Source: Parcubacteria group bacterium Gr01-1014_30 (GTDB lineage Bacteria; Patescibacteriota; Minisyncoccia; Minisyncoccales; 2-12-FULL-40-12). Taken from it: a stretch of DNA of 64,000 bases. The position numbers were made by a program, and so were the translations under genes. Of the stretch, positions 50,739 to 59,666 are shown piece by piece (the stretch's first letter is position 1; every line of letters starts with the position of its first letter). The notes beneath the pieces are model-generated. The model was not told where the DNA came from. It worked only from the letters and a program-made list of their open reading frames with translations, and searched no databases. The stretch lies in assembly GCA_007376185.1 (NCBI GenBank), contig VMFS01000004.1, positions 165 to 64,164 of the forward strand. The letters are read 5' to 3'.

Positions 50739-50768
50739 TTGACACACTCCCCCTGGATATGCTATTAT
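50739..50768 (+). promoter_or_regulatory. Sigma-70-type promoter for the 3D-domain gene
   Basis: TTGACA, 18-nt spacer, TATTAT. It is followed by the hairpins AACCCCC-gaaa-GGGGGTT and ATGCCCT...AGGGCAT. Confidence 0.5.
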
Positions 50769-50838
50769 GCTAGAACCCCCGAAAGGGGGTTTTAAGATGC
50801 CCTTCGACAAGTTCAGGGCATACTGAGTTTATCGAAGT

Positions 50839-51447
50839 ATGGATATAAGCATAGTAAACCCTCTCTTGCTGGTGAGTTTTCTCAGATATCTGGCCCAAAA
50901 ATGGGCTTCAAGAGGAGGAAAAGCATATTTTGCGGCCTTTGCAGTTACTCTTTTTGCCGCGGGAATAGTGTCAGTTTATGACTTTTTTGCCTCCAAAACC
51001 GGAGAGGATTTTGGTGCAAACCTTTCAACTCAACGACTCGTTGTTTTTCAGGGAAACTCCCTAACTCAGATGTCCAACCCCTTTGCTAATTCTTACATAA
51101 CCCTTGGCACAAGCTCGGGTTTGTCAGAAGGCGGCCAGGGGTTTGACCTGGTTCGTAAAGTGAACGTGGTTGTTACGGCTTATTCTTCCACTCCTTGGGA
51201 GACCGACGGCAACCCATACGTTACGGCTTCCGGAGAATGGGTTAAAGACGGGATTGTTGCCATTAACTATTTGCCTTTTGGCACAAAAGTCAGGATACCT
51301 GAAGTATTCGGCGACAAAGTGTTCGTTGTTCAAGACCGCATGCACTGGAGAAAGGGAAATTACCACGTTGACGTGTGGTTTCCTTCTTACAAAGAGGCCT
51401 TGAACTTCGGAGCAAAGAGAACTCACATAGAAATATTGGAGAGTTAG
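50839..51447 (+). CDS. 3D-domain (MltA/RlpA-like double-psi barrel) cell-wall protein
   Basis: N-terminal TM helices and C-terminal VTAYSSTPWETDGNPYVTASGEWVKDGIVAIN.LPFGTKVRIPE..GDKVFVVQDRMHWR. Confidence 0.75.
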   Translation: MDISIVNPLLLVSFLRYLAQKWASRGGKAYFAAFAVTLFAAGIVSVYDFFASKTGEDFGANLSTQRLVVFQGNSLTQMSNPFANSYITLGTSSGLSEGGQGFDLVRKVNVVVTAYSSTPWETDGNPYVTASGEWVKDGIVAINYLPFGTKVRIPEVFGDKVFVVQDRMHWRKGNYHVDVWFPSYKEALNFGAKRTHIEILES

Positions 51448-51454
51448 AAAGCTT

Positions 51455-51484
51455 GCCCCCACACCTGTGCACAGGTGTGGGGGC
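51455..51484 (+). terminator. Perfect 30-nt palindrome after the 3D-domain gene
   Basis: GCCCCCACACCTGTG/CACAGGTGTGGGGGC. There is no strong T-tract, so its function as a terminator is uncertain. Confidence 0.45.
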
Positions 51485-51491
51485 TTGGGGC

Positions 51492-51521
51492 TTGACCGAA
51501 CTTTTCGTGCCTTGGTATAAT
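51492..51521 (+). promoter_or_regulatory. Extended -10 promoter of nrdAB
   Basis: TTGACC, 18-nt spacer, TGgTATAAT. Confidence 0.6.
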
Positions 51522-51566
51522 GCCATAACGGCCATACCAAGGCGATTTTATTTCCTAAAAATTTTC

Positions 51567-54146
51567 ATGCAGATCTCAATCACAAAAAGAGACGGCAAAA
51601 AAGAACTCTTCAATGCCGACAGAATCAACAAATCCATAGAAAGGGCTTGCCAAGGCATTGAAGATCCCATCAGCAAGGTTGTGGAAATAGCTATTGACAC
51701 GCGGCTGATGCTGTACGACGGCATGACCACGGAAGAAATGGACTATGCCACCATTAACGCGGCCTTGCAGAACGTGCAGGAAGACCCCTTATACGATAAG
51801 ATAGCTGCTCGCTTGCTTCTCAAAACAATTTATAAGAAGATTCTGGGCGACTGGAGCGAAGACGCCGCCATTTTAAAACAAAAACACGCAGATTACTTCC
51901 CTTCATATATAAAAGAATTCGTCAAAGCCGGTCTTTTTGACTCCAGAATGGCTGAAAGTTTTGACCTTGAAAAGTTAGCTCAAGCTTTAGACCTCGCAAG
52001 AGACGAACTTTTGCAGTTTGCCGGCCTTTCCACTTTGCTCGACCGCTACGCGATGCGCGACAAAGATCAAAAACCGGTAGAAACCCCCCAGTACTTTTTC
52101 ATGAGAGTGGCAATGGGTTTGTCTTTTAACGAAAAGGATCCAGCAGAGCAGGCCATAAAATTTTACGACAAAATGTCTCGTTTGGATTATATCGCAGGCG
52201 GCTCCACCAACATTGGAGCCGGCACCGTGAGGCCTTCTTTGTCAAACTGTTTCTTGCTGGAAATTCAAGACGACATGGACCACATAGCCAAGTCAGTTGC
52301 CGATATAATTAAAATTTCAAAAGCCACCGGAGGAATTGGCGCTTCAATAACAAAACTTCGTGCTTCGGGTTCTCCGCTTTCTTCCAACAACACGGTTTCT
52401 TCTGGACCCACGCCTTTTGCCAAAATCATTGACACAACCATACGGGCCGTGCAGAGAGGAGGCAAGAAAAAGGGCGCTCTGTGTTTTTACATGGAAAACT
52501 GGCACATTGATTTTCCGGACTTCCTAATGTGGAAGCACAACGCCGGCGACGACTACTTGCGCATGAGGACAGCCAACACGGCCGTTTATCTTTCAGACGA
52601 GTTCATGCGCCGAGTTGAAAAAGACGAGCCCTGGTATATGTTTGACCCAAAAGAAACGCCAGACCTTCCGGAACTTTACGGCAAGGATTTTGCCAAGAGG
52701 TATCAAGAATATGTTGAAATGGCAGAAGCCGGAAAACTAAGGGTGTTTAAGAAGGTTTCCTCTGAAAATCTGTTCAGGCAAATTCTGGTTTCTCTGCAAA
52801 CCACTTCTCACCCGTGGCTCACTTTCAAAGACACCATTAACTTGCGGGCCCTCAACAACAACAAGGGCACAATACATATGTCAAACTTGTGCACGGAAAT
52901 ATGTCTGCCCCAGGACAGAGACAACATCGCGGTTTGCAACCTTGCTTCTTTGAACCTGGCCCGCCACATTGAAGCTGGAATCGTAAACTACAAAAAACTG
53001 GAAGAAACCGTAAGGACGGCTGTTCGCCATCTGGACAACTTAATTGACATTAACGTTCTTCCTCTGCCAGAAGCCGCAAGGTCGGACAAAGAAAACAGAG
53101 CCATAGGCTTGGGCGTTATGGGTTTTGCCGAGGCTGCCGAACTCTTGGGTTTTCCCTACGACGACGAAAGAACGTACGAGTTGGCCGACAAAGTTTTTGA
53201 GTTCATAAGTTTTGTTGCCATTGACGAGAGCTGCAACTTGGCAAAAGCAAGAGGTTCTTACAAGAATTTTGAAGGCTCTAGCTGGTCAAAAGGGCAGGTT
53301 CCTTTTGACACCATTGAAAAACTGGAAAAAAGCAGGGGAGAGAAAATAACGGTTGAAAAAAAGAGCCACGCAAAAGAGCTTGGCATTGACTGGAACGTTT
53401 TAAGGAAAAAAGTGAAAGAAGGCGTGAGAAACGCAACTCTCTTGGCCGTGGCTCCCAACGCAAACATCGGCCTTTTGGCAGGCACCACTCCTGGCATTGA
53501 CCCGAGGTTTGCCCAGATTTTTTCCCGCAACAAAATTTCCGGGAAATACCTGGACATTAACCGCAACCTGGCAAAAGAGTTGAAAGAACTCGGCCTTTGG
53601 GAAAAAGTTCGCTCAAAAATAATTGAAAGGCAGGGCGACATATCTCAAATTGGCGAGATTCCAGACCAGATTAAAGCCAGATACAAAACGGCTTTCACGG
53701 TTTCCCCTTTGGCTTTTACTGAGGTTGCCGCGCGTGCCCAAAAATGGGTTGACCAATCCTTGTCCAGAAATATGTATCTTGCCACTAGAGACATTGAAGA
53801 GATCTTGCGCATTTACTCCACGGCTTGGCAAAAGGGTTTAAAAACCACCTACTACCTGCATATGAAACCGCGGCATACGGCAGAGCAAAGCATGGTTTTG
53901 GTGAATAAGCGTGAACAGCTGGGCAAGGCTGGTTTTGGAGCTTTAGAAGACGGAGTCGGCGCAGCGGATACTTCTCCGCCAGAGGGTATTCCTTTGGGAA
54001 ATCCGATGCCGGCTGCAGAGGGAGTTGCTGTTATGGAAGATTCAGCGGAGTTCTTGGCGGTCAAAAGGGGTAGTGAAAGTTCTCTTTCTCCAAATATCTG
54101 TCCGGTTGATCCTCAAGAGCGTTTGCAGTGCGATTCCTGCCAGTAA
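51567..54146 (+). CDS. nrdA: Ribonucleoside-diphosphate reductase alpha subunit (class I, with ATP-cone)
   Basis: ATP-cone MQISITKRDGKKELFNADRI, active-site blocks NLCTEI and PNANIG, and a C-terminal Cys pair CDSCQ. The ORF-track start at 51375 reads through the terminator and promoter, so the ATG at 51567 is used. Confidence 0.9.
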   Translation: MQISITKRDGKKELFNADRINKSIERACQGIEDPISKVVEIAIDTRLMLYDGMTTEEMDYATINAALQNVQEDPLYDKIAARLLLKTIYKKILGDWSEDAAILKQKHADYFPSYIKEFVKAGLFDSRMAESFDLEKLAQALDLARDELLQFAGLSTLLDRYAMRDKDQKPVETPQYFFMRVAMGLSFNEKDPAEQAIKFYDKMSRLDYIAGGSTNIGAGTVRPSLSNCFLLEIQDDMDHIAKSVADIIKISKATGGIGASITKLRASGSPLSSNNTVSSGPTPFAKIIDTTIRAVQRGGKKKGALCFYMENWHIDFPDFLMWKHNAGDDYLRMRTANTAVYLSDEFMRRVEKDEPWYMFDPKETPDLPELYGKDFAKRYQEYVEMAEAGKLRVFKKVSSENLFRQILVSLQTTSHPWLTFKDTINLRALNNNKGTIHMSNLCTEICLPQDRDNIAVCNLASLNLARHIEAGIVNYKKLEETVRTAVRHLDNLIDINVLPLPEAARSDKENRAIGLGVMGFAEAAELLGFPYDDERTYELADKVFEFISFVAIDESCNLAKARGSYKNFEGSSWSKGQVPFDTIEKLEKSRGEKITVEKKSHAKELGIDWNVLRKKVKEGVRNATLLAVAPNANIGLLAGTTPGIDPRFAQIFSRNKISGKYLDINRNLAKELKELGLWEKVRSKIIERQGDISQIGEIPDQIKARYKTAFTVSPLAFTEVAARAQKWVDQSLSRNMYLATRDIEEILRIYSTAWQKGLKTTYYLHMKPRHTAEQSMVLVNKREQLGKAGFGALEDGVGAADTSPPEGIPLGNPMPAAEGVAVMEDSAEFLAVKRGSESSLSPNICPVDPQERLQCDSCQ

Positions 54147-54181
54147 AAAACGTAAAGCGAAAAACGTAAAGCGAAAAACTT

Positions 54182-55162
54182 ATGCCTTTAATAGGAAAGG
54201 CCTCGCCAGAGGACTACAATCTTCATCCTTCTCTTTACCCTTGGGCACGCCAGCTGTATGAGCAGGCCGTTGCCAACACTTGGTTTCCGCACGAAATCGC
54301 CTTAAAAGAGGATTTGGAGGACTGGGCGCAAATGACCGACGACGAAAAACACGCGGTCCAGTTTGTTTTGTCTTTTTTCAACCCAGCTGAGCTTGTGGTC
54401 AACCGCGTGCTGGCTCTGGGGGTTTATCCTTATCTCAAATCCGCGGAGTGCCACCTTTACTTGGCCAAACAAATGTGGGAAGAGGCCAACCACTGCGTGG
54501 CTTTTGAATATGTTTTAGAGACCCTTCCCGTTGACAGAAGCAAGGTATACGAAAAGCACATTGAAACGCCGTCAATGAAAGCCAAAGAAGAGTTCGTGAA
54601 CCGCTATATGAAGCGAATGACCGAAGAAAATTACGACGTGTCAACTCCCGAAGGAAAAAAGGACTTTATTCGCAACCTCATCGCCTACAACATTGTTATG
54701 GAAGGCGTGTGGTTTTATTCAGGATTTATGGTTATGCTGTCTTTCCGCCAGCGCAACAAACTGCGTAACTTCGGGTCAATGGTTAACTGGGTTTTGAGAG
54801 ATGAGAGTTTGCACTTGAAATTCGGCATAAACTTAGTTTTAACCATACTTGAGGAAAACAAAGACCTTTTGACCAAAGAGTTTGCCCAGGAGATCAAAAG
54901 CATTATCATAGAAGGCGTGGAACTGGAAACCAACTACAACAGAGACCTTTTCCCCAAGGGCATTTTGGGCTTGAACGCCGACTACGTAAACCAATACGTA
55001 AAATATGTGGCCGACCGCCGTTTGGAAGAGCTGGGCCTGCCGGCTTTTTACAAAGCCACCAACCCGGCCAAGTGGATGAGCACGGCCACTGACGTTTACG
55101 AACTCGTCAACTTTTTTGAAGCTCAAAACACCAGCTACGAAGTTGACTCCAGGGGAACTTAA
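54182..55162 (+). CDS. nrdB: Ribonucleoside-diphosphate reductase beta subunit
   Basis: 326 aa, ferritin-like, with EEANH and RDESLH iron ligand motifs. Confidence 0.9.
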   Translation: MPLIGKASPEDYNLHPSLYPWARQLYEQAVANTWFPHEIALKEDLEDWAQMTDDEKHAVQFVLSFFNPAELVVNRVLALGVYPYLKSAECHLYLAKQMWEEANHCVAFEYVLETLPVDRSKVYEKHIETPSMKAKEEFVNRYMKRMTEENYDVSTPEGKKDFIRNLIAYNIVMEGVWFYSGFMVMLSFRQRNKLRNFGSMVNWVLRDESLHLKFGINLVLTILEENKDLLTKEFAQEIKSIIIEGVELETNYNRDLFPKGILGLNADYVNQYVKYVADRRLEELGLPAFYKATNPAKWMSTATDVYELVNFFEAQNTSYEVDSRGT

Positions 55163-55167
55163 TTTAC

Positions 55168-55425
55168 ATGAAATCAAAAATAGGACTTGCTTTAGTTATT
55201 TTATACGCAATTTTTGTTGCTTTTATGCTTTGGCAAGAGACTACCTGTGAGAGCTGGGGTTGCGGCTATTCAATAGGTATAACTACGCTTCCTTGGCCGT
55301 TTATTTTTGGTGGCAATTCATCATTGCTTGATGTAGGTTTATACATTATTTTGAATTTTTTAATTTTTTATTTCATAGGTTTAGGTATTACTAAACTATT
55401 GGCACTGATAAAGTCTAAAACATGA
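55168..55425 (+). CDS. Small hypothetical membrane protein
   Basis: 85 aa, 3 hydrophobic helices. Confidence 0.4.
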   Translation: MKSKIGLALVILYAIFVAFMLWQETTCESWGCGYSIGITTLPWPFIFGGNSSLLDVGLYIILNFLIFYFIGLGITKLLALIKSKT

Positions 55426-55529
55426 TTAAAAAAATAATTCTAACTTTAGTTGCTATTTACTTAGGTGTAGGAATATATTTTGCAATGCAGTTTTCTTACC
55501 CAGTTGATGTGGGCACTTTTTTAGTGTAG
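55422..55529 (+). CDS. Possible 35-aa membrane peptide, translationally coupled (ATGA overlap)
   Basis: MIKKIILTLVAIYLGVGIYFAMQFSYPVDVGTFLV. Not in the ORF track, which lists only ORFs of 60 aa or more. Confidence 0.3.
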   Translation: MIKKIILTLVAIYLGVGIYFAMQFSYPVDVGTFLV

Positions 55530-55571
55530 TAGGTTGGCCATTATTGTTCTTTTGGCCAGTTAACTAGTTTT

Positions 55572-55658
55572 TGGTGCCCGGGGGGAGATTTGAACTCCCA
55601 CGCTCTTAAGAGCACAACATTTTAAGTGTTGATTGTCTACCTATTCCAACACCCGGGC
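55572..55658 (-). tRNA. tRNA-Leu(UAA), CCA encoded, no intron
   Basis: GCCCGGG...CAACA CTTAAAA TGTTG, variable arm TGCTCTTAAGAGCG, and GGGAG TTCAAAT CTCCC CCCGGGC A CCA. Confidence 0.88.
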
Positions 55659-56147
55659 ATGCTTTCTTTTACCCTTTCCTGAACGACCTCTGTGGTTTGG
55701 AGTCAAACTGTGACAATTTGGACATAGTATTCTCAAGTTTTCTAATCTATTATCATGCCTGTCGCCGTTTATGTGATCAAGTTCTAAGGGTAGATAACCA
55801 TTGACTGTTCTTTGTGCCCAACCGCACTGTTCGCAGTGCTCTGGTTTTAACCCTGTCTTGAACAATCTTTTCTTTAGCTTAAAACTTTGGAAATAGCTGT
55901 TCTCTACTAAAATTTTCTCTAGGGGAATTCTTGGTTTTCCAATACCGTGCATTCCCGCATTCCAACCCCGCCCCTTAAAGTGACGATTATCCAAGCCGTA
56001 TTCTTTAATATATTTTTTAATTTGTTCGTAGTTTCCTCCTGACTCGCGTAGACCCAATCTAGCTAAAACTTGGCGGTAACTGAATGAATCTTTAACAGCT
56101 TCAATTAGATGTTCTTTCGTCCAAGACCTATTATTTTTTCCCTTCAT
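55641..56147 (-). CDS. Free-standing HNH endonuclease
   Basis: CEQCGW...LELDHINGDRHDNRLENLRILCPNCH. The last 18 nt overlap tRNA-Leu(UAA). Confidence 0.85.
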   Translation of the reverse strand: MKGKNNRSWTKEHLIEAVKDSFSYRQVLARLGLRESGGNYEQIKKYIKEYGLDNRHFKGRGWNAGMHGIGKPRIPLEKILVENSYFQSFKLKKRLFKTGLKPEHCEQCGWAQRTVNGYLPLELDHINGDRHDNRLENLRILCPNCHSLTPNHRGRSGKGKRKHARVLE

Positions 56148-56264
56148 TACTAAATTGTATCAAGAAGTAGACGTATAGTCAACAAAGTTCAAATACGTAT
56201 ACCTTACAGATGTGACATAGTTGAGGCCAGGATGAGATGTAAACTCGCTGCGCGAGTTCTCCAT

Positions 56265-56447
56265 CACCCCTCCTTTCAGGAGGGGTTCAGGAGCCCTGGG
56301 CTTTTTATATAACCTCCCCAAGGTAAGCCCGCGAAATAAATTTTGTTAATTAACCAGCTTCACTGGTTCTCACTTCCCCCTCCTACGAGGAGGGGGAAGT
56401 GAGCCCTGGGTCTTTCATATAACCACCCCAATGTAGACCCGCGAAAT
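56265..56447. repeat. Two tandem ~75-nt copies of a two-hairpin element
   Basis: Copy 1 is 56265-56337 and copy 2 is 56371-56447. Hairpin 1 is CCCCTCC/GGAGGGG versus CACTTCCCCCTCC/GGAGGGGGAAGTG. Hairpin 2 is GGGCTT/AAGCCC versus GGGTCT/AGACCC, with a conserved loop ATATAACC(T/A)CCCCAA. Confidence 0.7.
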
Positions 56448-56495
56448 TACTTCGTAATTTCGCCCCACGTATAGCGGTTTTGCATTCAGTCGCCT

Positions 56496-56571
56496 TGGAG
56501 GCCTGGGGGAGAGTTGAACTCCCGTATAAGTGTTTTGCAGACACTTCCCTTAACCTCTTGGGTACCAGGCC
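56496..56571 (-). tRNA. tRNA-Cys(GCA), CCA encoded
   Basis: GGCCTGG...AGTGT CTGCAAA ACACT...GGGAG TTCAACT CTCCC CCAGGCC T CCA. Confidence 0.88.
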
Positions 56572-56587
56572 GCTTTTCAACTTTATC

Positions 56588-56932
56588 TCATTTTTTGCCT
56601 TTTTTCAACGTTTCCAGCAATTCTTCAACTTTGCCCGCTTTTTCGGCTTCTTTCTCCAGGACAAAGATTATTTTTGGAGTCGGCCGCATTTTGAGGCGGC
56701 GGTTCAGCTTTTGCTGAAGAAAATAGACCTGTTTTTGCAAAACGCCCAAGGCCTCTTTTTCCTTGCCTTCTGGAAGAAAGGAAACGTAAACTTTGCTCTG
56801 GATTAAGTTGGGCGAAGTGTCAACTCTGGTAACTGTTGCCAAAACGCCGCCGGGGAATTCGGCCTCCTTCAGCAGAAGCTGAGCCACTTCCTGTTTTATC
56901 AAGGCGTTGACTTTTTTAATCCTGTCGTTCAC
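56588..56932 (-). CDS. rbfA: Ribosome-binding factor A
   Basis: 114 aa with an RbfA-like N-terminus RIKKVNALIKQEVAQLL. The GTG start overlaps the infB stop. Confidence 0.8.
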   Translation of the reverse strand: MNDRIKKVNALIKQEVAQLLLKEAEFPGGVLATVTRVDTSPNLIQSKVYVSFLPEGKEKEALGVLQKQVYFLQQKLNRRLKMRPTPKIIFVLEKEAEKAGKVEELLETLKKGKK

Positions 56933-58434
56933 AGTTCAGCTTTTGTTCTTTCTTCAACGTATATTGCCAAAATGTCGCCAACTTCTATTGTTCCTTGCCC
57001 TTCGTAGAGGATGCCGACTTCTTCTCCTTTTGAGGCCTGAGCAATGTCTTTTTTATTCTTTTGCAGGTTGATTATTTTCCCTTTGCCTTTGAGTTCTTTT
57101 TCCCTTGAAAGAACTTCAAGCTGAGCGCCTTTTTTAACCTGGCCTTCGGTTATTCTGCCTCCAACAATTTGCCTGTTTTTTTCCGTGGTGAAAACCACCA
57201 GAACCTTCATTTTGCCCAAGGTGACTTTGACTATTTCCGGCTTCAGCGTTTTTTCCATAAGCTTTCTTACCTCTTCCACCAAGTCGTAGATAACGTCAAA
57301 TCGCAAAACTTTAGCTTTCGTCCTTTGCAATAAAGCTTTGGCCGTGGCGTTTTCTTTGACTCGAAAGGCGAGGATAACGGCTTTCGTGTGCGAGGCCAGC
57401 TTTACGTCTGTTTCTGAAATTTGGCCGACTTCCGAGCGCAGTATTTTTAGACCGACTTTTTCTTGGGGAAGATTTTTCAAGACCTCTTCAACGGCCTCCA
57501 GGGAGCCCAGCGCGTCAGCTTTCAATACTAAGTTAAGTTGCTTTTCTTCCGATTCCTGAATCGTCCTTGCTATCTGCACTTTCTTGGCTTTCTCTAGTGT
57601 TGCTCTAAGGCCTGCTTTGGCCTCCTCTATACTTGCAAAAACGCGGATTTGGTCGCCAACGTTGGGAGGTGTTTCAAAACCAAGAACCAATACTGGCTGG
57701 CTGGGCTGAGCTTCCTTTAGGGTTTTTCCCTGAAAGTCCTGCAAACTTTTGACTTTTCCAAAAGTGGATTCAGTGCCGACAATCTGCCTCGGTTTTAGTC
57801 GTCCCTGACTAAGAATTAAAGTCGCGGTGGCGCCTCTTTTTGCATCCAAGAATGATTCGATCACAACTCCTTTTGCAGAGTCCTCAAGGTTGGTTTGTAA
57901 ATTTTCCATTTCAGCCACCAAAAAAATTATTTCCAGGAGTTCTTCAATACCTTTGCCAGTCGCCGCGGACAAGGAAACCGCGGGAACTTTGCCGCCCATT
58001 GATTCTGTCAGTACGTCTTCTTTTGCTACCTCTCTCATCACTCTTTGGGGGTCCGAGGAGGGTTTGTCGATTTTGTTGAGGGCTACTACAAAAGGTATTT
58101 GGGCTTGCTTGATGTGAGTTATCGCTTCTTTTGTCTGCTGTTTTACGCCTTCATCTGAGGCCACTACCAAAACCGCTAGGTCGGCCACTTTGGCCCCTCT
58201 TGAGCGCATCAAAGAAAATGCCTCGTGCCCCGGCGTGTCAATGAAAGTGATTTTGCGGCCGTCTTTTTCTATTTCGTAAGCGCCTACGTGCTGGGTGATG
58301 GCGCCACCCGGCTTGCCCGAAGGGACTTTGAGTTTGCGAATCGCCAGGAGCAAAGACGTTTTTCCATGGTCAATGTGCCCCATTACTACCACTATTGGCG
58401 GCCTCTGAACCGTTTTTTGATTTTTTGTTTCCAT
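56929..58434 (-). CDS. infB: Translation initiation factor IF-2 (N-terminally short)
   Basis: [31 protein letters not shown], and C-terminal IF-2 domains. Confidence 0.92.
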   Translation of the reverse strand: METKNQKTVQRPPIVVVMGHIDHGKTSLLLAIRKLKVPSGKPGGAITQHVGAYEIEKDGRKITFIDTPGHEAFSLMRSRGAKVADLAVLVVASDEGVKQQTKEAITHIKQAQIPFVVALNKIDKPSSDPQRVMREVAKEDVLTESMGGKVPAVSLSAATGKGIEELLEIIFLVAEMENLQTNLEDSAKGVVIESFLDAKRGATATLILSQGRLKPRQIVGTESTFGKVKSLQDFQGKTLKEAQPSQPVLVLGFETPPNVGDQIRVFASIEEAKAGLRATLEKAKKVQIARTIQESEEKQLNLVLKADALGSLEAVEEVLKNLPQEKVGLKILRSEVGQISETDVKLASHTKAVILAFRVKENATAKALLQRTKAKVLRFDVIYDLVEEVRKLMEKTLKPEIVKVTLGKMKVLVVFTTEKNRQIVGGRITEGQVKKGAQLEVLSREKELKGKGKIINLQKNKKDIAQASKGEEVGILYEGQGTIEVGDILAIYVEERTKAEL

Positions 58435-58789
58435 TTTTAGCTTCGGCTATTGCTTGTTTTTCTTCTTCGGACAAGGCGTGGCTTGGCTGTCCATTTTTTA
58501 TTTGTTTTCCGTAAACGCGGTTTCCTTCCCTTGTGTACAAACTCGTGATGACAATCCCTGAGTCCCTTGAGTCAAGCAGAGCCAAAGAAAAACTCTGGTC
58601 GCCGCCAACTTCTGAAAAAGGGTTGAATCTGACCAGCCCCACTTTTTGCACGAAAAACTCGCTGTTTTTTTTGAGCGCTTCCAGTTGGCGCGATATTCTC
58701 TCAAAACTATCTTGCAGTTCCCTGAATTGCGCCAAAACCTCTTTTAAGTTTTTGGGTTCTGTTTTCTTTTTTTTGAAAAGGTTTAACAT
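58370..58789 (-). CDS. DUF4446-like protein
   Basis: 139 aa. VGLVRFNPFSEVGGDQSFSLALLD..GIVITSLY.REG.RVYGK. The 3' end overlaps infB by 65 nt. Confidence 0.6.
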   Translation of the reverse strand: MLNLFKKKKTEPKNLKEVLAQFRELQDSFERISRQLEALKKNSEFFVQKVGLVRFNPFSEVGGDQSFSLALLDSRDSGIVITSLYTREGNRVYGKQIKNGQPSHALSEEEKQAIAEAKNGNKKSKNGSEAANSGSNGAH

Positions 58790-58843
58790 TAATTACGCTG
58801 GTGTGTATCTTGAAAATTGTTTGAACTGAATTTCCTCTAGTTG

Positions 58844-59509
58844 TTAAGAAGTAAACTTCTTCAACAGCGCTTCAACAAATGCTTTAGTATTTGGAATAAG
58901 TCCCTCATCGTTGTATTTTACCAAACCTGCGTGTGCTGGGCGTAGTCGCGGTCCAGATGATCCATAGCCAAAGGAGTAGAGGGCGTGATTATCTTCTACG
59001 TGCTCTATTAAATCATTTCTGCATCTGGTTATTGGACAACATTCAAAACCTTTACCACCCGGTAGCTTTTGAATCAATTTCCGCACACGGTGGGCGACGT
59101 TGTAATAATGCTCCAGCCTTCTTTCCATTTCCAATCGCAGTCCCTTTTCTTCTTTGGTCTCAGTAGAATCAGCACCGCTCAAGTAGCCAACCCCGTTTGT
59201 TATTTCACGGAAACTAATTGGTATTTTCTGATCGGCGCGCTTAAGTTTGGTCGAGAGCGTTAGTTCACCAGCGCTCACAGTAAATGTGTCAGTTTCTGGG
59301 TCGAAGTCAGTGCTCATTCGAATGGTATTAGCCAACACTAATTTCTCATTGAGTATTACGAGCTTTTTAAAAGTAGTGTTTAACTGCTCAATAAGCCGAC
59401 GTATTTCCGCAGTTTGTTGGAGGTTGACTTTAGATAGAGAGGAATGGTTTATTGTCCATGTCTCAAGAGCCTTAGTCACTCCTACATAAGTTGGTGTATT
59501 TTCATCCAT
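58844..59509 (-). CDS. Hypothetical protein (orphan)
   Basis: 221 aa. No recognisable motif except a Cys/His cluster ECCPITRCRNDLIEHVEDNH. Confidence 0.5.
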   Translation of the reverse strand: MDENTPTYVGVTKALETWTINHSSLSKVNLQQTAEIRRLIEQLNTTFKKLVILNEKLVLANTIRMSTDFDPETDTFTVSAGELTLSTKLKRADQKIPISFREITNGVGYLSGADSTETKEEKGLRLEMERRLEHYYNVAHRVRKLIQKLPGGKGFECCPITRCRNDLIEHVEDNHALYSFGYGSSGPRLRPAHAGLVKYNDEGLIPNTKAFVEALLKKFTS

Positions 59510-59575
59510 GTTATATTTTGAATTAAAACTTATCTTTGTAATTATATCACTGAGCAGCTGGCCTTACTGCCTAAC

Positions 59576-59666
59576 TGGCGGAGAGGGTGGGATTCGAACC
59601 CACGTACCTCTTGCGAGGTTAATCGCTTTCGAGGCGATCCCGTTTTGACCACTTCGGTACCTCTCC
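59576..59666 (-). tRNA. tRNA-Ser(CGA), CCA encoded
   Basis: GGAGAGG...ATCGC CTCGAAA GCGAT, a long variable arm, and GTGGG TTCGAAT CCCAC CCTCTCC G CCA. Confidence 0.88.

Noticed and set aside
50392-50745. The 117-aa minus-strand ORF (and 50445-50639) as a possible intron-encoded protein
   Set aside because: It is antisense to the tRNA and intron, and it spans the neighbouring tRNA-Gly as well. It has no homing-endonuclease motifs. The intron is better read as ORF-less.
50769-50838. A c-di-AMP (ydaO-type) riboswitch upstream of the 3D-domain cell-wall gene
   Set aside because: The leader is only about 70 nt with two simple hairpins. That is far shorter than the ydaO/kimA-type architecture, and no pseudo-two-fold symmetric motif is seen.
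51375-51566. The N-terminal 64-aa extension of nrdA in the ORF track; likewise 17496-17639 for ftsK, 23510-23542 for rpsF, 28632-28661 for rnj and 49744-49815 for rplS
   Set aside because: The extensions read through terminator palindromes, promoters, tRNAs or the end of the upstream gene. Internal start codons give N-termini that match the protein families.
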